60,370 bases of DNA from Methanomassiliicoccaceae archaeon (GTDB lineage: Archaea > Thermoplasmatota > Thermoplasmata > Methanomassiliicoccales > UBA472), in assembly GCA_003135935.1 (NCBI GenBank), contig PNBI01000101.1, positions 1 through 60,370 of the forward strand. The letters are read 5' to 3'. Shown here piece by piece: positions 18,273 to 27,610 of this stretch. Position numbers and translations under genes: made by a program. Position 1 is the stretch's first letter; each line of letters opens with the position of its first letter. Below the pieces are notes generated by a model. That model was not told where the DNA came from. It was given only the letters and a program-made list of their open reading frames with translations, and did not search any database.

Positions 18273-18932
18273 ATGACCAAGGAGCTGGATCAGAAACGAC
18301 TGAAGCTAACCATCTTCGGAGCGACTGGAGGAACCGGCAAATTGTTGGTTGATCAAGCTCTTGAGGCTGGATATCACGTCGTCGCCTACGCCCGTAATCC
18401 ATCTAAGTTGGCAAAGACTCACGAACGCTTGACGGTCATCCAGGGAGAACTGAGAGATCATGAAGGGATCGAGAGAGCGATGAGCGGTGCGGACGCCGTC
18501 ATCAGCGTTCTAGGGCCGAGAAGAGATTCGAAGGGCAAGCCGATCACGGAAGGCATCCAGAACATCATTGCAGCCATGAAGAAGGAAGGCGTTCGCAGAT
18601 TGATCATATCCTCCACGGCAAGCGCCGAAGACCCGAGTGATGAGCCTGATCTCAGGTTCAAGATTCTTGTCGAAATAGTAAGGCTCTTGATTCGTCCATC
18701 ATACGAGGAGATCATTGGTACAGCGAACGCGGTGCGCAAGTCCGGTCTCGATTGGACGATAGTGCGCTTATCCCTGCTCAATAACGGACCTAGGTCTGGA
18801 AAGGTCAGAGTTGGCCATAAGGGCAGAGGGGAGGTGGGCTTGAGGATAGCCCGTGCTGACATTGCCGATTTCATGCTCAAACAGGTGAATGATCCGAAGT
18901 ATCTGCGACAGGCCCCGCTGATAAGCAACTGA
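18273..18932 (+). CDS. NAD(P)H-binding (NmrA/atypical SDR-like) oxidoreductase
   Basis: The motif is KLTIFGATGGTGKLLVDQALEAGYHVVAYARNPSKL. The track start is 18240, but ATG 18273 (MTKELDQ) sits about 25 nt after TTATAT at 18245-18250. Confidence 0.8.
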   Translation: MTKELDQKRLKLTIFGATGGTGKLLVDQALEAGYHVVAYARNPSKLAKTHERLTVIQGELRDHEGIERAMSGADAVISVLGPRRDSKGKPITEGIQNIIAAMKKEGVRRLIISSTASAEDPSDEPDLRFKILVEIVRLLIRPSYEEIIGTANAVRKSGLDWTIVRLSLLNNGPRSGKVRVGHKGRGEVGLRIARADIADFMLKQVNDPKYLRQAPLISN

Positions 18933-18936
18933 GAGT

Positions 18937-19401
18937 CTAGGTCTGTTTTTGCGGATTCTTCTCCAATTTTGTTACGTCAAAGCCCTTATCCCGTACGCGT
19001 TGAAGCACTGCGTTGTAGGTGGTCTCGTCCATCTGAGGCGTTCTCGACAGTATCCAAAGATACTTCCGGGATTCGTCGCCTACAACGGCATATTCGTAGT
19101 CCTTTCCGAGCTCAAGGATCCAATAGTTGGCGGCGAAGGGCCAGAAGAAACTCACTTTAAGCTTCGCGTTCGTCGTTGTGTCGACTACCCAAGCTTTGCC
19201 CCTGGCCGTTTTTAGTTTACCAGCGAAAGTGCCTTCGTAACCGCTATTCAGAACCCTAACCTTGCCATTTGGAAGCAGCGTGTAGTCCGCCGTTACGCCG
19301 ACAAGCCCTTTTTCGAACCTTTGTGGGAACTTCGCAATTTCAAACCAGGTTCCCATATACCTCTTCACGTCGACACGATCTACCGTCTTGAGTTCAGGCA
19401 T
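18937..19401 (-). CDS. lipocalin family protein (Blc-like), no signal peptide
   Basis: 154 aa. VDVKRYMGTWFEIAKFPQRFEKG matches the bacterial lipocalin Blc signature (KRYLGTWYEIARFDHRFERG). The ORF begins directly at the lipocalin fold. Confidence 0.8.
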   Translation of the reverse strand: MPELKTVDRVDVKRYMGTWFEIAKFPQRFEKGLVGVTADYTLLPNGKVRVLNSGYEGTFAGKLKTARGKAWVVDTTTNAKLKVSFFWPFAANYWILELGKDYEYAVVGDESRKYLWILSRTPQMDETTYNAVLQRVRDKGFDVTKLEKNPQKQT

Positions 19402-19517
19402 TTTACTAACTCTCTATGGTGCCATATCAGTTAATATTACTAGCGGAGCTGCGTGGCAAATGATTGCTTGCCGCGGCTCGAGGCTTAAGTGGTAAGTGAA
19501 TGCTTTCGGTCCTTCTT

Positions 19518-20009
19518 CTAAATGTTGAGAGTGACCGGATAAGTCCCTCCGCTCACCGGAGTGACAACAGCCTGGTCGCTCTTGTCCCCGAAACCACCTC
19601 CACTCGAGTTGGCCAGAATTACTGCGCTGTAAAGCCCTGTCTGATTCTCAGCGAATACTAATTGGATTGTATAGATGATCGAGGAATGGGCGGAAATATC
19701 TCCCGCTGCTTTCTGATCGGAGTTCAAATAGAGCACATAATGGACACTGAAGATAGAATGGGTGGAATGGATCGTGACTATAACCTGAGCTGATGCTTGA
19801 CCTTGCGATAATGTAACATTATGATCTGATCCGTTTGACCCACTATTGTTCGAGCCATCAGAAGGATTAAAGGAACTATTCTGTTTTGAAGCCTCATATG
19901 ACCAGGCCAGTGCAGCAATTATCACAATCGCCGCAACTGCGACTAATGCAATGATGTGCGCAAAGCCATCTTTATCAATTTTCCTATCTACCCTGGTTCG
20001 ATTGCTCAT
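19518..20009 (-). CDS. membrane-anchored hypothetical protein
   Basis: 163 aa with an N-terminal TM helix (FAHIIALVAVAAIVIIAALAW), an Asn/Ser/Gly-rich linker and a beta-rich C-terminal region. Confidence 0.55.
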   Translation of the reverse strand: MSNRTRVDRKIDKDGFAHIIALVAVAAIVIIAALAWSYEASKQNSSFNPSDGSNNSGSNGSDHNVTLSQGQASAQVIVTIHSTHSIFSVHYVLYLNSDQKAAGDISAHSSIIYTIQLVFAENQTGLYSAVILANSSGGGFGDKSDQAVVTPVSGGTYPVTLNI

Positions 20010-20281
20010 CTAACCTCGTCAATGTTTGTGAGGAACTTGACTTAAAACCATCTCAGGAAGGGCAATCTCAGCTTCTCGAAAGTGGAGGAACTGCAAGGAT
20101 GAAGATAAGGAGCAATAACCTCACGCCAGTTGACCAATCATCCTCTATTATTGCATCCCCCCTCAACCAGTCCACCAAATATTACGTAAGCGTAGTGAGA
20201 CAAGGTAGATCGGAACATCATTCATCGGATGCTGCCCAAACATGCAAAGCTTCATCGTCCTCACTTACAATGTTTCCTTAG

Positions 20282-20701
20282 GTGGATGACATGGTTGCTT
20301 TGCCCGAAGAGGTCATGAAAGCGCTCAACGATCCGGCAAGTGTTAAAGTGCTTGCGACGAAGACGCCAGAGGGTATGGTGCATGCGATACCGTTAGGAAG
20401 CCTGGTGGCACTGGACTCTAACACCATCATTTTCGGAGTGGTGTTCATGAAGCAGACGCACAATAACATGGAAAAGATGAAGAAGAAAGGCGAGAGCCCG
20501 GCGGTCCTGGTGGTGAATGGCAGGAACGCTTACCAGATCCATGCGGCGATCAAGGACTTCAAGACGTCCGGACCGGCCCTGGACGCGATGAACGAGAAGG
20601 TAAAGGCGCGGGGCCTCACCGTGACCGGCGTTTGGTTCATGGAGCCAGAGAGCGTATTTGACCAAAGCCCGGGTCCGAACGTTGGAAAGAAGTTGGTTTG
20701 A
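20282..20701 (+). CDS. pyridoxamine 5'-phosphate oxidase-like FMN-binding family protein
   Basis: 139 aa. LPEEVMKALNDPASVKVLATKTPEGMVHAIPLGS is a PNPOx-like split-barrel N-terminal pattern. Confidence 0.5.
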   Translation: MDDMVALPEEVMKALNDPASVKVLATKTPEGMVHAIPLGSLVALDSNTIIFGVVFMKQTHNNMEKMKKKGESPAVLVVNGRNAYQIHAAIKDFKTSGPALDAMNEKVKARGLTVTGVWFMEPESVFDQSPGPNVGKKLV

Positions 20702-20820
20702 GGAATTGGCCAAACTTCCGCTTTAGCCATTAACGAGAGGTCATCAGCTATGCTTTGAGCGATGGCTAACCTTATTGCGTTCAGCGGAATTGAGTGACCA
20801 TACGCTATCGTGGGTTCTGC

Positions 20821-21012
20821 TCAACTAGGTCTCATCGGACGACCGCATTGAGGACAGATAGCTTTCTTTGTGATCAAACCTCGCTTAGGAACGCAATTCT
20901 TGCAATACCACAACCCTATGTTCTTACATCCTTGAGAGTTGCAAAAGTATCCCCTAGACAAAAGGAATTCACTAACTGGCTTCCCACAATTATAGCAATT
21001 TCCTCGGATCAC
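20821..21012 (-). CDS. small zinc-finger protein
   Basis: 63 aa with Cys pairs CYNCG, CNSQGC, CKNC and CPQCG. Confidence 0.45.
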   Translation of the reverse strand: MIRGNCYNCGKPVSEFLLSRGYFCNSQGCKNIGLWYCKNCVPKRGLITKKAICPQCGRPMRPS

Positions 21013-21166
21013 ATTGAAAAAGAGGCCGAAGTGGGCTTATAAATCTGCACTTACGATTACCTATGATGATAATGGGCAGGCAGCCCCATGTTTCGGGAAA
21101 GAGCCAATTCCTTTTTCTTGGAATTGCACCTATAGTACTGATAGCCAACAATAACAATAATGATCG

Positions 21167-21598
21167 TTGAAGCAGAAGGATGGTAATTGGATGAATCTAA
21201 AGACTTCAGGGAGAGATCTCCGAGTATTGATCATAACCAACGTTCCTGAGCTGAGCAAGCTATCCTCAGATGAGAAGGCTGGGGTGATGAGAAGCATCGA
21301 AGATTTGAGGTTCTATTCCACTACGTCCGATAAGGACACCAAAGATATCACCTCAATTGAAATCTATCACAAGGAGACCAGGGATGACAGGGAAAATGCC
21401 TTCGTTGTGATAATGTCTTGTTCAATTGTCGAGCCAGAAGTGAAAATACTCTGCGGCAAGAGAGAATACGCATTCGAAATTAGCTTGATAATAAAAAGGC
21501 AGACGCCTGATGAATATAATGATGAGCGGTATTATGCCTCTCCATTATCCAGAGATGAGGTTAGCGCGATACTATTCGGAGAAATTCTGCCATTGTAG
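21167..21598 (+). CDS. hypothetical protein (orphan, AT-rich)
   Basis: 143-aa ORF with a TTG start; an alternative start is ATG MNLKTSG. No family recognised. Confidence 0.4.
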   Translation: MKQKDGNWMNLKTSGRDLRVLIITNVPELSKLSSDEKAGVMRSIEDLRFYSTTSDKDTKDITSIEIYHKETRDDRENAFVVIMSCSIVEPEVKILCGKREYAFEISLIIKRQTPDEYNDERYYASPLSRDEVSAILFGEILPL

Positions 21599-21707
21599 AA
21601 TGGATGATTGCTTGCCTTTATGAACCATATCTTAGCCTGGCCACCATGGACTGAATCATACCGCACGCTTGATTATCTCTCTAACCCAATAAGCGGCCGA
21701 CCGTGCG

Positions 21708-21715
21708 TATTTAAT
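21708..21715 (+). promoter_or_regulatory. TATA-like box (TATTTAAT) for citrate synthase
   Basis: The box is centred about 29 nt upstream of ATG 21741, which implies a leaderless or near-leaderless transcript. Confidence 0.4.
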
Positions 21716-21740
21716 TGGACCATCGGGATATCGGGGAAGA

Positions 21741-22874
21741 ATGACCAAGAAAGGCGAGAGAGCCGTCGTGCGCGGGCTGAAGGATGTTGCCGCTGCTGAG
21801 ACCAAGATAAGTTTCGTTGAGCCCAAAGGCTTTCTCTACTACCTGGGCTACAACATCGACGACCTGGTGGGGAGGGTCGTCTATCCAGAGGTTGCCTTTC
21901 TCCTCATTCACAAGAGGCTGCCCAACCGGCAAGAGCTTGATCAGTTCAACGCCTGCCTCATTTCCGAAATGAAGCTGCCCGAAAGGATGGTCGAGAGCAT
22001 TCGGGCAACCCCTAAGAGCTGCCACCCGATGGACATATTGCGAACAGAGGTCTCCCGCCTCGGTGAGTGCGATCCCGAGAACAATGACTTGTCCGAGGCG
22101 GCGAATTTGAGGAGGGCCACCCGGCTGGTCGCCAGAGTACCGACCATTGTGGCGACCATTCATAGGGTCCGCCTGGACAAGCCAATTCCTGTCCCGAGGG
22201 AGGACTTCAGCTTCACTGAGAACTTCCTCTATATGTTCAAGGGATCCCCTCCAGAGGAGGCGGAGACGGATGTCCTCCACCGCCTCATGATACTGCAAGC
22301 TGACCACGGGTTCAACGCGTCCACCTTCGCTGCGCGAGTCACCGCGAGCACCAATTCAGACATGTATTCTGCCGTTACTTCCGCCATCGGCACTCTCAAG
22401 GGGCCATTGCACGGGGGGGCGGGCGAAAAAGTAATGGAGATGCTCGACGACATCGGGTTGGAAGAGCATGTTGAAGAGTACATCCAAGGGTTGCTGGACG
22501 AGAACAAGAAGATCATGGGCTTCGGTCACAGAGTCTATAAGGCAGAGGACCCAAGGACGAAGCATCTCCGGGGTATAGTCAGGAATCTATGCTATCGCGA
22601 CAGGACCAACAGCTTGTGCAACAAATGCAGTAAGATCGAGAAGATCGTCCACGACCGGAAGAAGATCTATCCGAACTTGGACTTCTACTCGGCAGTGGCA
22701 ATGGACGCGTTGGACGTCCCCAAGGAATTCTTCACGCCATTCTTCGCCTCAAGTAGGATATCGGGCTGGGTCGCACACGTGATAGAACAGTACGAGGATG
22801 CGGTCTTGCTTCGTCCGTCATCCAAATATGTCGGAGAATTCGGCAGGAAATTCATCCCGATCGAGCAAAGATGA
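21741..22874 (+). CDS. gltA: citrate synthase
   Basis: 377 aa with GFGHRVYKAEDPR, ILQADHGFNASTF and NLDFYSA signatures. Confidence 0.92.
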   Translation: MTKKGERAVVRGLKDVAAAETKISFVEPKGFLYYLGYNIDDLVGRVVYPEVAFLLIHKRLPNRQELDQFNACLISEMKLPERMVESIRATPKSCHPMDILRTEVSRLGECDPENNDLSEAANLRRATRLVARVPTIVATIHRVRLDKPIPVPREDFSFTENFLYMFKGSPPEEAETDVLHRLMILQADHGFNASTFAARVTASTNSDMYSAVTSAIGTLKGPLHGGAGEKVMEMLDDIGLEEHVEEYIQGLLDENKKIMGFGHRVYKAEDPRTKHLRGIVRNLCYRDRTNSLCNKCSKIEKIVHDRKKIYPNLDFYSAVAMDALDVPKEFFTPFFASSRISGWVAHVIEQYEDAVLLRPSSKYVGEFGRKFIPIEQR

Positions 22875-23033
22875 ATGAGGCAGCGTAGAAGCTCGGGATG
22901 TCCTGATCAACGTATGTGGGGCATCCAGAAAGGTGGTGAACACGCTGATGGAAAATTCCTATCCAATACTCAAGCGGTTCGCCGTCCCGAGGACGAAATA
23001 GACCGACCTGAGATCGACGGTCTTCGGAGCGTC

Positions 23034-23594
23034 TCAAAAGCCAAGCTTGATCGATATGTTGTTCATGCTGGTGAGTGCCAGCCATAGAAACTCCTCTAGG
23101 CCTAGTCCCAACTCCGAACAGCGTGATATTCTCTCCCTCGATACGCCCTTTGCGAAGTCCTTGGATTTGAACTTCTTGGCTAATGATTCGAGTTTGACAT
23201 CGGAGATCTTCTTCGACGGCATTACCAGGGCGCAGGCAAGCACGAGGCCGGAGACGGCATCGCATGCCACTAGCCCTAACTTCAGAGGGGAATCGATTGG
23301 AACGTTTGTGTTCTCGTAGTTATGGGCCATTATGGCTTCGATGACTTCGTCGTCGACAATGCCGCTGAGCAGCTCTTTTGCTTTTAGCGTGTGATCTGCC
23401 GGACCAGAACAGACCTCATAGTCAATGTCGTGCAGGATGCCCACCACCTCCCATTTGTTCGAGTCCTCATTCAGCCTGGTGGCGACCACTCGCATGATCG
23501 CTCCGACCGCGATCATGTGCTTGACGTTGTTCTCCTTCGTGACGTATTTCCTGACCAAATCTAGGGCGCTCTCCCTTTCTAGCATCATGAGCAA
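23034..23594 (-). CDS. HD-superfamily hydrolase
   Basis: 186 aa with H..AV......A and VGILHDIDYE (the HD motif). Confidence 0.75.
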   Translation of the reverse strand: MLMMLERESALDLVRKYVTKENNVKHMIAVGAIMRVVATRLNEDSNKWEVVGILHDIDYEVCSGPADHTLKAKELLSGIVDDEVIEAIMAHNYENTNVPIDSPLKLGLVACDAVSGLVLACALVMPSKKISDVKLESLAKKFKSKDFAKGVSRERISRCSELGLGLEEFLWLALTSMNNISIKLGF

Positions 23595-23716
23595 ACGTCA
23601 ATTTGAGTTCGAGGAATTAATACTAAGGCTTGTAAATCTCAGAGTCTGAAGATTATCGCATTTGGCCGGAACAGAGTTGGGGGAAATCGGCCAGAACTCC
23701 TGCTAGGTTGGCGGAT

Positions 23717-24508
23717 TTATGAAGATCCCTCTCTACTGAATGGGCGCAGCTTCGAACGGTCGACCGTCCAACCGCATTTCGAGCATTGCTGCCATTCCTT
23801 GGCGATTATGCCATTGCAGCTGGGGCATCGCCCGATAGCATGGACCAGAATGGGTTGGACTACATTCTTTGATTGAAGATAGATGCGACGAGGTTTCTGG
23901 TCTCTTGATAGGAATTGACTCGACGATTCCAGATGCAAAGGATCACTCTCATGCCGATCATAGAATGGCAGCCTAGATTGTTTCATCTTCAAGCTCTTGC
24001 TAACTGTCAATAGAATAGCAATGACAGCCATCGCGAACAGGAGTATGAGACCTGCCCCTAGCAAAATGTCGTCGATCGAAACGGAGGCGCTCGAACTTTG
24101 AACTCCGGGAATGATGGCTCTAGCATAATAGGTTATTTGAACGGTTTGACCGTTCGGCTGGGCACTTCCTTGAACGGTGTTGTCTACGATCAGGTAATTG
24201 ATCCCCTCAGCCATGTCACCATAGTAGGCGGCGTGTCTTGTATCAAGGAACGTCCCTTGCAACGAATAGGAGGAAGGTTCCAAAACACCGTTCATGTAAT
24301 CGACGTAGCCTGCCGCGTCGGTCAGGATTACATCGACATTGGGGCCGCTGACCACCGTGACATCATATGATGCAAGGGAAACCGAACTGCCTGAGATTTG
24401 GAGAACCAGGCATCCATTTGGATCGATGTAAGCCGTTTGAGGGGAGGCTGCATCGGCCTTCATGTCAATCAATGGCATCGAAGCTAGGAATATGCAAATG
24501 ACAAACAC
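23717..24508 (-). CDS. membrane protein with extracellular domain, one TM helix and cytoplasmic C-terminal zinc ribbon
   Basis: 263 aa with a hydrophobic N-terminus, the TM helix LLGAGLILLFAMAVIAILLTV, and CPSCNGIIAKEWQQCSKCG at the C-terminus. Confidence 0.55.
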   Translation of the reverse strand: MFVICIFLASMPLIDMKADAASPQTAYIDPNGCLVLQISGSSVSLASYDVTVVSGPNVDVILTDAAGYVDYMNGVLEPSSYSLQGTFLDTRHAAYYGDMAEGINYLIVDNTVQGSAQPNGQTVQITYYARAIIPGVQSSSASVSIDDILLGAGLILLFAMAVIAILLTVSKSLKMKQSRLPFYDRHESDPLHLESSSQFLSRDQKPRRIYLQSKNVVQPILVHAIGRCPSCNGIIAKEWQQCSKCGWTVDRSKLRPFSREGSS

Positions 24509-24694
24509 GGTGACTAAGGATTTCGTTGGGCCACCGGCGAGTAGTAGCCTAAGGATATGATAAGTCTGTCGGAAGCACCAATTTTTATCGCTAAATAAGC
24601 TTTGATGGGTCCGAGATTTGCTGAAACCTTTTCATCCCATTTCTCAGGAGCAATGACATTGTTTTTAGGGTCTCTTGATGGAGTCGGTCGGATT

Positions 24695-25336
24695 TCATTC
24701 CTTGATAAGTCCCTCGAACAATTCCCTGGCCAAGAAGATTTCACTGGCTGGCTCATAATGAGATTTGTATGATATCATCGCGTCAATGGCTTTCTTTGTT
24801 AGGGGCTTATTGATCCTGATGGTGGTCGCATCGAGATAGTCCAGACAAGATAGGATGAACGACATCACTCTGATCTGGCAGAACGTGGACACGGATATTG
24901 AGGATAGCATCACCGAGTCCAGTTTGGCCATCGAGAAATTATGTGGATATGGGTTCTTCTGGAAACAATGGTGGTAGAGAAGGACCTGCGATAGGATGTC
25001 GTCGTCGTCATGGACCAGTTCATAGGAGTAATTTGGATGATTCTGGAAGCCGGTCGGAGCTTTGCGACCCTTGCATTCCTCCCAGGATTCCGCTGGATAC
25101 AATAGCTTTCCAACATCGTGCAGGAGGCATGCCTCATGGATCGTGCCATAATCGAGGCAGGTCCCATTGATCTTACAATCGCAGAACGATTGCGAATTCA
25201 GGTCTAGCTTGTCGCACATGGCTGCCATTCTAAGGCTATGTTGATATGTCTTCGGAAGCTTGTGCTTCAAAGCTCCCAGTAGATTTTTCTTATAGGTCCC
25301 ATCAATCATTCTTCTTTGCTCCAGACTTATGGCCAA
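24695..25336 (-). CDS. HD-domain protein, degenerate HD-GYP-like
   Basis: 213 aa with H.L.MA, LLHDVGKL and LLYHHCFQKNPYP (compare HHE..DGSGYP). Confidence 0.55.
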   Translation of the reverse strand: MAISLEQRRMIDGTYKKNLLGALKHKLPKTYQHSLRMAAMCDKLDLNSQSFCDCKINGTCLDYGTIHEACLLHDVGKLLYPAESWEECKGRKAPTGFQNHPNYSYELVHDDDDILSQVLLYHHCFQKNPYPHNFSMAKLDSVMLSSISVSTFCQIRVMSFILSCLDYLDATTIRINKPLTKKAIDAMISYKSHYEPASEIFLARELFEGLIKE

Positions 25337-25405
25337 CGATTCTTTCTTTTTATCTTATGAAACTAAGCGGGTCCAAGTTAGAACGGTTGCCTTCTTTTGA
25401 TAGCT

Positions 25406-25576
25406 CTATTGTATCCCCTTTTGGACCTTCTTTTGATCCTTCCTGACTTCCCTATCGATATCCTTGCCAACATGTTCTTCGTTGTTCTGAATGGACTTGA
25501 CGCCATCTTTGGCTCCCTTCTTGAAGTGCTCTTCCTTGATCTCGCTGCCAACATCACTCTTCCCCTTTTCCTTCAT
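25406..25576 (-). CDS. small Lys/Glu-rich hydrophilic protein (paralog of 37562..37714)
   Basis: Internal ATG of track ORF 25406..25717, preceded by GAGGTGA plus a 5-nt spacer. The 56-aa product is MKEKGKSDVGSEIKEEHFKKGAKDGVKS...DREVRKDQKKVQKGIQ. Confidence 0.55.
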   Translation of the reverse strand: MKEKGKSDVGSEIKEEHFKKGAKDGVKSIQNNEEHVGKDIDREVRKDQKKVQKGIQ

Positions 25577-25778
25577 GCCATTCACCTCGAAGATAAGGAC
25601 GCTCCAACTATCCCATTTGTCCAACATCAGCTTGGGACCAACCACTATATGAGTTTGGCTGTTCAGATTCTCATCCATATTCGACCATTCATTGTGATCA
25701 CACCATTTCAACGCCACGATAGGAAAAGTAAGTTATAGCCATCTAATCCCCTTCATTAGTCATTCGATTGGACTCAAC

Positions 25779-27116
25779 ATGAAGGAAGTCTTGGTTCTCA
25801 ATGGAAAGTGGTGGACACCCGCAACGCCGCACCAGGTCACCGAAGGGGAGATGACATTCGACCCATCGAAGGGGGCCATCCTAAAGCTGAGCGGGTTGCT
25901 CAAGGAAAGCGAGACTTGCGCGATGCCCTTCGAGATAGTGCTCGGAGAGACCAATGAGGGCATCCCGGTCACCATGATCGGTTCGAGCGGTGTATGGCTG
26001 GCCCGCCCCTACCGAGCGGCCGATGCCGGAGAATTGGACATCCCCGTCTGCTCCTCCCTCTGCGCCAACGTACTCTTGGTCGGGAGGCACTATCTCTCCC
26101 CGAAGGAAATAGGGTTCAAGGGATTCGACATCGACCTGTCTCATCTGCAGGACTGGGCAGGCCTCGATGAGCAAGACGGTACTGACCCGATTCGTCCGTG
26201 CGCATTATCGTCCGATTGTGGTATCGGACAATTAGGAAAGTTGATCATCGAGCTCGAAGACACTGGTTCCTGTCATCTAGCCCTCAGGTTCGATGGGGAG
26301 GTCAGCCTGGACAAGGGGATCGACCTGGTCCGCCAACTTCGCAATCTGATGGCCCTTCTGATGCATCGGTCGGTGCAGGAGTTGAGGGTGCGAGGTGTCG
26401 CCGGAGGCGGATCGGGCGAGGCCCGGCCTGACATGATGGTCGACATCTTCTATCCGTCCTTCGCGCGTGACCGGAGCGCCGGCCCGCTGGCGCCAGAGGA
26501 TATGCTCTTGCCTTTGCGCCACATCAGAGCGGATCTGGGCAATATCATTGCCAAGTGGTTCTCGGCTAACGAGACGATGCCTCAGGTCCTCGACCTCTAC
26601 TTCGCAGCTTCGCACAGCGCTGAGCTCTTCCCCGAAACCCGCTTCCTAATGTACGTCCAAGCGCTAGAGGCGTATCACCGCATCCGCTATCGGAACTTCG
26701 AGGTGGACCCGGCAGAGCACGCAGAACGACTGGCCATCATCCTAGCTAGTATACCCGAGCAATACCGGGAATGGATGCGGGACGGGTTGGAGCATAGCAA
26801 TGAGCCATCCCACGGTCAGCGAGTGAGGGAGATCTATCGGGACCTGAGCGACGTAATGGACGAATTCGTCGAGGACAAGAAGCGGTTCATTTATCAGGTC
26901 GTCAAGACCAGGAACCAAATGATGCATTTGGAGGGTGACAGCCTGGTCCTCGAAGGGAACGATTTGGTTCTCGCGACTACCCGGCTCAGGCTGCTGTTGG
27001 AGTTGTGCCTTCTCAAGGAGATTGGCATCGGTAAGGAGAAGATGAAGGCGGCAGTTTTGAATAACTCTATGTTCTCAAGAATAAGGGCCCGATCTGAAAG
27101 TCCGGAAAGCGAGTAA
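25779..27116 (+). CDS. ApeA-like HEPN-domain protein (putative RNase, defence-type)
   Basis: 445 aa. The N-terminus LNGKWWTPATPHQVTEGEMTFDPSKGAILKLSG resembles the ApeA N-terminal domain. The C-terminus has FLMYVQALEAYH ... VVKTRNQMMH, which is an Rx4H HEPN motif. Confidence 0.6.
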   Translation: MKEVLVLNGKWWTPATPHQVTEGEMTFDPSKGAILKLSGLLKESETCAMPFEIVLGETNEGIPVTMIGSSGVWLARPYRAADAGELDIPVCSSLCANVLLVGRHYLSPKEIGFKGFDIDLSHLQDWAGLDEQDGTDPIRPCALSSDCGIGQLGKLIIELEDTGSCHLALRFDGEVSLDKGIDLVRQLRNLMALLMHRSVQELRVRGVAGGGSGEARPDMMVDIFYPSFARDRSAGPLAPEDMLLPLRHIRADLGNIIAKWFSANETMPQVLDLYFAASHSAELFPETRFLMYVQALEAYHRIRYRNFEVDPAEHAERLAIILASIPEQYREWMRDGLEHSNEPSHGQRVREIYRDLSDVMDEFVEDKKRFIYQVVKTRNQMMHLEGDSLVLEGNDLVLATTRLRLLLELCLLKEIGIGKEKMKAAVLNNSMFSRIRARSESPESE

Positions 27117-27244
27117 AGGGACTTCCCGTTCATTCCCAATCGGAAGTAGCATGACAAGGGTCCGACGTCTTATGTCAAGAATTTGAAGTGTTTTTTGGCC
27201 CGATCTAATCGATTAAGGCGACGGATGGTTCAAACACTCGTCGA

Positions 27245-27571
27245 TCAGCCGAGGATGAACCCGATAATCGCACCGACGATGAAGCCAACGCTCAAAGGAA
27301 GCACTCCGACAATGAGAATGCCAAGTTGGACTGCGGCTGGGCCATATTGTTGCGCAAGCTGCTGCAGCGTAGCGATATTGATGGAGTAAAGCCCCAAGTA
27401 GATGGCCACCGCCAGAATGATAATGGCGATGATTGCGATTTTCAGGACTTTGTTCACCAAGAAACCGACGATCAGCCCGACGACGAACGGAAGGATCATT
27501 ACTACTAGGGGCGGAAGCCCGCCGATGCTTCCATTGACCACGAAGTTCAACACTTCGTCAATCAATCCCAC
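27245..27571 (-). CDS. small integral membrane protein
   Basis: 108 aa, almost entirely hydrophobic, with about 4 predicted helices. Confidence 0.6.
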   Translation of the reverse strand: MGLIDEVLNFVVNGSIGGLPPLVVMILPFVVGLIVGFLVNKVLKIAIIAIIILAVAIYLGLYSINIATLQQLAQQYGPAAVQLGILIVGVLPLSVGFIVGAIIGFILG

Positions 27572-27610
27572 GATAGCCCTCCCGTTCGATCATCGATCAT
27601 ATGATACTGG

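Noticed and set aside
24514-24756. An 80-aa minus-strand ORF lies between the membrane/zinc-ribbon gene and the HD-GYP-like gene.
   Set aside because: It overlaps the 3' end of the HD-GYP-like gene, has unconvincing composition and shows no start signals.
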